Positions 63,663-64,000 of a DNA stretch of 64,000 nucleotides are shown piece after piece. The stretch lies in the NCBI GenBank assembly GCA_934454525.1, contig CAKSFM010000002.1:9792-73791 (forward strand), written 5' to 3'. The DNA is from an uncultured Clostridia bacterium (GTDB taxonomy: Bacteria; Bacillota; Clostridia; UMGS1883). Position numbers and translations under genes: made by a program. A model generated the notes under the pieces. That model saw only the letters and a program-made list of their open reading frames with translations, searched no databases and had not been told where the DNA came from. How positions within the stretch are numbered: position 1 is the stretch's first letter; the number at the start of each line of letters is the position of its first letter.

Positions 63663-64000
63663 ATGATACATCAGTATAAAATGTGCGGATATAATATTGT
63701 GCTCGATGTTTTCAGCGGTTCTGTTCATGTGGTGGACGATGTTGCTTACGATATAATTTCAATGATAAAAACCGCGTCCGAGGATGAAATTGTGCGCACC
63801 ATGACGGAAAAGTATGGTATGCGCGAGGATGTGACGGAGGACGAAATCCGCGAATGTATCGGAGATATTCATGAGCTTGAGAAAAGCGGTCAGCTCTTCA
63901 CCGAGGACGCTTATGAGGAGATAGCAAGAAACTACAGGCGCAATAATTTTAATGTTAAAGCAATCTGTCTGCACGTTGCTCACACCTGCAATTTAAACTG
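63663..64000 (+). CDS. scfB: SCIFF radical SAM maturase (thioether-forming), N-terminal fragment running off the window
   Basis: MIHQYKMCGYNIVLDVFSGSVHVVDDVAYDII...ICLHVAHTCNLNC. This is the typical N-terminus, with the start of the CxxxCxxC radical-SAM motif at the window edge, directly after the SCIFF precursor. Confidence 0.85.
   Translation, partial: MIHQYKMCGYNIVLDVFSGSVHVVDDVAYDIISMIKTASEDEIVRTMTEKYGMREDVTEDEIRECIGDIHELEKSGQLFTEDAYEEIARNYRRNNFNVKAICLHVAHTCNLN

Overview
The window looks like a spore-forming, S-layer/SLH-bearing Clostridia-type Firmicute. This is an inference from spoIIR, many SLH domains, a SCIFF cluster and yloU-yloV-recG-like synteny. Layout: (i) 1-5.6 kb is core metabolism on the plus strand: ABC ATPase tail, small redox protein, pfkA, membrane protein, DUF4364, galT-galK. 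(ii) 5.6-45.9 kb is an accessory block, entirely on the minus strand. It holds two cytoplasmic esterases (CE15-like, SGNH). It then holds a ~22 kb Gram-positive polysaccharide-utilisation-type locus: YesM-like kinase, LplB/LplC/LplA-type ABC importer, four large secreted proteins, a cytoplasmic FAD enzyme and a YesN-like regulator. Last comes a 14 kb TetR-led operon encoding two giant secreted proteins (2303 aa and 2172 aa). (iii) 45.9-64 kb is housekeeping: gap, ppiB-like, LCP, rhaM, nfo, ispE, spoIIR, trmB, sbcD/AAA pair, asp23-DAK2-recG, uppP, ftsK, then a SCIFF precursor and the start of its radical-SAM maturase. No rRNA, tRNA or CRISPR array was seen. The most unusual signal is non-coding. 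A ~265-bp repeat (30613-30874 and 45536-45802) has conserved ends and internal plus long-range base-pairing potential. In both copies it is bracketed by a direct duplication of a locus-specific terminator-like hairpin (21 bp and 31 bp). The two copies are in direct orientation around the giant-protein operon, and a possible diverged relative lies at 7.7-8.0 kb on the far side of the PUL-type locus. A separate 213-bp segment with 25-bp inverted repeats sits upstream of the TetR operon. The PUL-type locus has no enzyme I can assign to a classical glycoside hydrolase family by eye, so it is a candidate uncharacterised glycan-degrading system. All functional calls rest on reading the translated ORFs; no searches were run.
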